Assembly: GCA_902778725.1 (NCBI GenBank)
Contig: CACYYS010000001.1
Coordinates: 12,130 to 76,129, forward strand
Length of the DNA: 64,000 nt
Reading direction: 5' to 3'
Origin: an uncultured Ruminococcus sp.
GTDB taxonomy: Bacteria > Bacillota > Clostridia > Oscillospirales > CAG-272
Translations under genes and position numbers: made by a program
Notes under the pieces: model-generated
Seen by the model: only the letters and a program-made list of their open reading frames with translations
Told to the model about the DNA's origin: nothing
The model's database searches: none
Shown here: one piece after another, positions 61,455 to 64,000 of the stretch
How the letters are laid out: every line of letters starts with the position of its first letter
Numbering within the stretch: position 1 is the stretch's first letter

Positions 61455-63554
61455 ATGAAACGCACCAACCCTTTCCGTTATCTTTTCCTCGGCGGACTGT
61501 TTTTCATCGTCTGCCTTGTTTTTGCGGTCAGGCTGGCGCGCTATCAGCTCGCGGGGACCGACCGGTACGACTACGCCCGCATCGGCACCTACACCCGGCG
61601 GGAGACGGTCACGGCGCAGCGCGGCGAGATCCTCGACCGCAACGGCGTGCCGCTGGTCACCAATTCCTACTATTATAACGTCCTGCTCGACTACGGCAGG
61701 ATGCCGGACGACGCCGAGGGCTTCAACCGGGTGATCCTCTCGGTCGTCCGCTCCGCCGCGCGCTGCGGAGAGACGGACAAGCTCACCGGAACGAACTGGC
61801 CCCTCGCGCTTGAAGCGGGGAAGCGGGTCTTTACCGCGGATTATCAGCCGGAAGGGAAGTACCGCGAGCGCCTGATCCGTCTCCTGCGGGATCTCGGCTA
61901 TGAAAAAAAGCAGAAAAAAAGCGACCCCGACCGCCCGGCGGAGGAAGCGACCCCCGACGCGGTCTACGAATTCCTCCTTTCGCGCTACAAGCTGGTCGAC
62001 GGGGACGGGGCGGCGCTCTATACGCCGGAGGAGCAGGAGATCCTGCTCGCCCGCCGGTACGATCTCGGTTTTATCAGTTTTTCCCCCGTCAACAGCTACA
62101 CCTTCGCGGAGCGCGTCAGCGCGCGCTTCATGACCCTTGTCACCGAGGGGGGCGAGACGGGCGTCCTCCTGCAAAAGAAGTTCGAGCGCGTCTACCGTTA
62201 CCCCGGCTACGCCTCGCACATCCTCGGCAGGATGGGCAGCATCACCGAGGAGACGGCGGATTATTATAAGGAAAAAGGCTACGCCCTCGACGAGCCGGTC
62301 GGCGTTTCGGGCGCGGAGAAGGTCTTTGAGGACTATCTGCGCGGCAAGGACGGCGTCCGGGTGATCCGGGAGGACTCCTCCGGCAATATTGTGGATCAGT
62401 ATATGGAGAAGGAGCCGGAGCCGGGGAAGGATATCCGGCTGACGATCGATATCGAACTGCAGAAGATCGCGGAGGACAGTCTCGCCGCGCAGATCGTCTC
62501 CATCGCGGAGAGCGCGCTTGAAAAGCCGGGCGAGCTGGACGGCGAGGACGCGGACGCCGGAGCGTGCGTCGCCCTGTCGCCGAAGACGGGGGAGGTGCTG
62601 GCGATCGCCTCCTGCCCGACCTACGACCTCTCGACCTTTGTCGAGGATCTCCCCGCGCTGCTCGGGGACGGGCGCACCCCCCTCGTCAACCGCGCCCTGA
62701 ACGGTCTCTATCCGCCGGGCTCCACCTTCAAGCCCGCTACGGCGGCGGCGTCCCTCGCCGACGGCGTCATCACCCCCTACACGGTCATCAACGATACCGG
62801 GATCTACGACTACTACGAGGACTATCAGCCCCGCTGCTGGTCCTACTGGATGTACGGTTACGCCCACGGGCAGCAGACGGTCGTCGACGCGATCCACAAC
62901 TCCTGCAACTACTTCTTCTTTGAGTGCGGCAGGCGCCTGACGATCGAGCGGCTCAACTACTACTGCCGCGGCTTCGGCCTCGGGGAGCCGACGGGCGTGG
63001 AATACCCGGAGGCGACGGGGATCCTCGCGGGGCCCGCCTACGTGGAGTCGAGCGGGCTCGGCACCTGGAGCCCGGGCGACACGCTGCAGGCGGCGATCGG
63101 CCAGTCCTACAACACCTTTACCCCCATCCAGATCGCGACCTACCTCGCCACGCTCGTCAACAACGGCACGCGCTACCGCTCCCACCTGCTCTACGGCGTC
63201 TACCGCTACGGCACGGGGGAGGAGCTCTCGCGCACGCAGACGGAGGTCGTCAGCCGCCTCAATATCTCCTCCGACGTCATCGACGTCGTCAAGGAAGCGA
63301 TGAAAAACTCGGAGGAGAACGGCTCCACCGCCGCGATCTTCCGGAATTACCCGATCACGATGGGCGGCAAGACCGGCACGGCGCAGATCACCAAGACCTC
63401 CTCGGATAACGGGGTGTTCGTCGCCTTCGCTCCCCTCGAGGAGCCGGAGGTCGTGATGGCGGCGGTGATCGAGCACGCCGCCTCCGGCACGCCGATCGGC
63501 GCCGTGGCAAAGGACATCTTCGATTTTTACTTCCATTTGAACGGCGGTGAATGA
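61455..63554 (+). CDS. mrdA: Penicillin-binding protein 2 (class B transpeptidase)
   Basis: N-terminal TM. STFK (GSTFKPAT), SCN (HNSCNYFF) and KTGT (GGKTGTAQ) motifs. Follows mreCD. Confidence 0.9.
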   Translation: MKRTNPFRYLFLGGLFFIVCLVFAVRLARYQLAGTDRYDYARIGTYTRRETVTAQRGEILDRNGVPLVTNSYYYNVLLDYGRMPDDAEGFNRVILSVVRSAARCGETDKLTGTNWPLALEAGKRVFTADYQPEGKYRERLIRLLRDLGYEKKQKKSDPDRPAEEATPDAVYEFLLSRYKLVDGDGAALYTPEEQEILLARRYDLGFISFSPVNSYTFAERVSARFMTLVTEGGETGVLLQKKFERVYRYPGYASHILGRMGSITEETADYYKEKGYALDEPVGVSGAEKVFEDYLRGKDGVRVIREDSSGNIVDQYMEKEPEPGKDIRLTIDIELQKIAEDSLAAQIVSIAESALEKPGELDGEDADAGACVALSPKTGEVLAIASCPTYDLSTFVEDLPALLGDGRTPLVNRALNGLYPPGSTFKPATAAASLADGVITPYTVINDTGIYDYYEDYQPRCWSYWMYGYAHGQQTVVDAIHNSCNYFFFECGRRLTIERLNYYCRGFGLGEPTGVEYPEATGILAGPAYVESSGLGTWSPGDTLQAAIGQSYNTFTPIQIATYLATLVNNGTRYRSHLLYGVYRYGTGEELSRTQTEVVSRLNISSDVIDVVKEAMKNSEENGSTAAIFRNYPITMGGKTGTAQITKTSSDNGVFVAFAPLEEPEVVMAAVIEHAASGTPIGAVAKDIFDFYFHLNGGE

Positions 63555-64000
63555 TGAAAAAGGAAACGGAAACAGAAAAAAAGGCGGCGCTCGCCGCCGC
63601 CGTGTCCGCGCGGCTGACGGAGCGCTATCCCGCGGCGGAGTGCGCCCTCCGGTACGGGGGGGATGCGTGGCGGCTGCTTGTGATGGGCAGGCTCTCCGCT
63701 CAGTGCACCGACAAGAGAGTGAACGAAGTCTCCCCTGCGCTTTTCGCGGAGATCCCGACCCCCGCGGCGGCAGCCGCGGCGCCGGTCGGTCGGATCGAGG
63801 AGCTGATCCGCTCCTGCGGGCTTTACCGTACCAAGGCAAGGAACATCCGGGACTGCGGCGCCGTCCTCACCGAACGTTTCGGCGGGCGGGTGCCGGAGAG
63901 CGAGGAGGATCTTCTCTCCCTGCCCGGCGTCGGCCGCAAGATCGCCAATCTCGTGCGGGGGGATCTCTGGCGCCGGGGAGGCGTGGTCGTCGATACGCAT
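63551..64000 (+). CDS. nth: Endonuclease III (partial, runs off the window end)
   Basis: Not in the ORF track because the ORF is open-ended. My translation from the ATG at 63551 gives MMKKETETEKK...WRLLVMGRLSAQCTDKRVNEVSPALF...GLYRTKARNI...LLSLPGVGRKIANLV (HhH-GPD). Confidence 0.8.
   Translation, partial: MMKKETETEKKAALAAAVSARLTERYPAAECALRYGGDAWRLLVMGRLSAQCTDKRVNEVSPALFAEIPTPAAAAAAPVGRIEELIRSCGLYRTKARNIRDCGAVLTERFGGRVPESEEDLLSLPGVGRKIANLVRGDLWRRGGVVVDTH

Noticed and set aside
61218-63839. 873-aa minus-strand ORF
   Set aside because: It is antisense to the PBP2 gene, which has STFK/SCN/KTGT motifs, and its composition is Arg/Gly/Pro-rich junk.

Overview
High-GC window (sampled lines are about 65-70% GC) with Firmicutes-type signals: GGAGG ribosome-binding sites, TTGACA-17-TATAAT promoters and a T-box leader. 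It looks like a Clostridia/Oscillospirales-like chromosome segment; that taxonomy is inference only. About 55 protein genes can be supported. I recognised no rRNA, tRNA, CRISPR array or transposase. Core genes are cysE-cysS-tmk, thiI, proB, mreBCD plus a PBP2, nth (partial), lexA, pyrR and a uracil permease. Accessory content is as follows. (1) A five-gene minus-strand operon (13810->5855) has three proteins that start with a CxxC..CxxC zinc ribbon fused to membrane domains. It also encodes a 1146-aa exported protein and a small 3-TM protein, and it lies divergent from a double-HTH regulator. I cannot assign it to any characterised system, and it is my top candidate for something new. (2) A ~2.9-kb low-GC island (30.9-33.7 kb) is flanked by ~66-bp direct repeats and carries a PD-(D/E)xK nuclease-like gene, a zinc-ribbon/TPR-like/TM gene and an XRE repressor whose palindrome sits inside the nuclease promoter. 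(3) An AraC-controlled carbohydrate cluster (36.1-45.5 kb) combines iolJ/iolC/iolB-like genes with a FucI-like isomerase, a FAD oxidase, an Fe-S protein, an FGGY kinase and a fused EtfB-EtfA. (4) A Trp-specifier T-box precedes a COG2984-type ABC importer. (5) A dispersed family of modular hairpin repeats fills most long intergenic regions. Many very long ORFs in the track are antisense artefacts of high GC and were rejected. All product calls rest on motif recognition by eye, and no database search was run.
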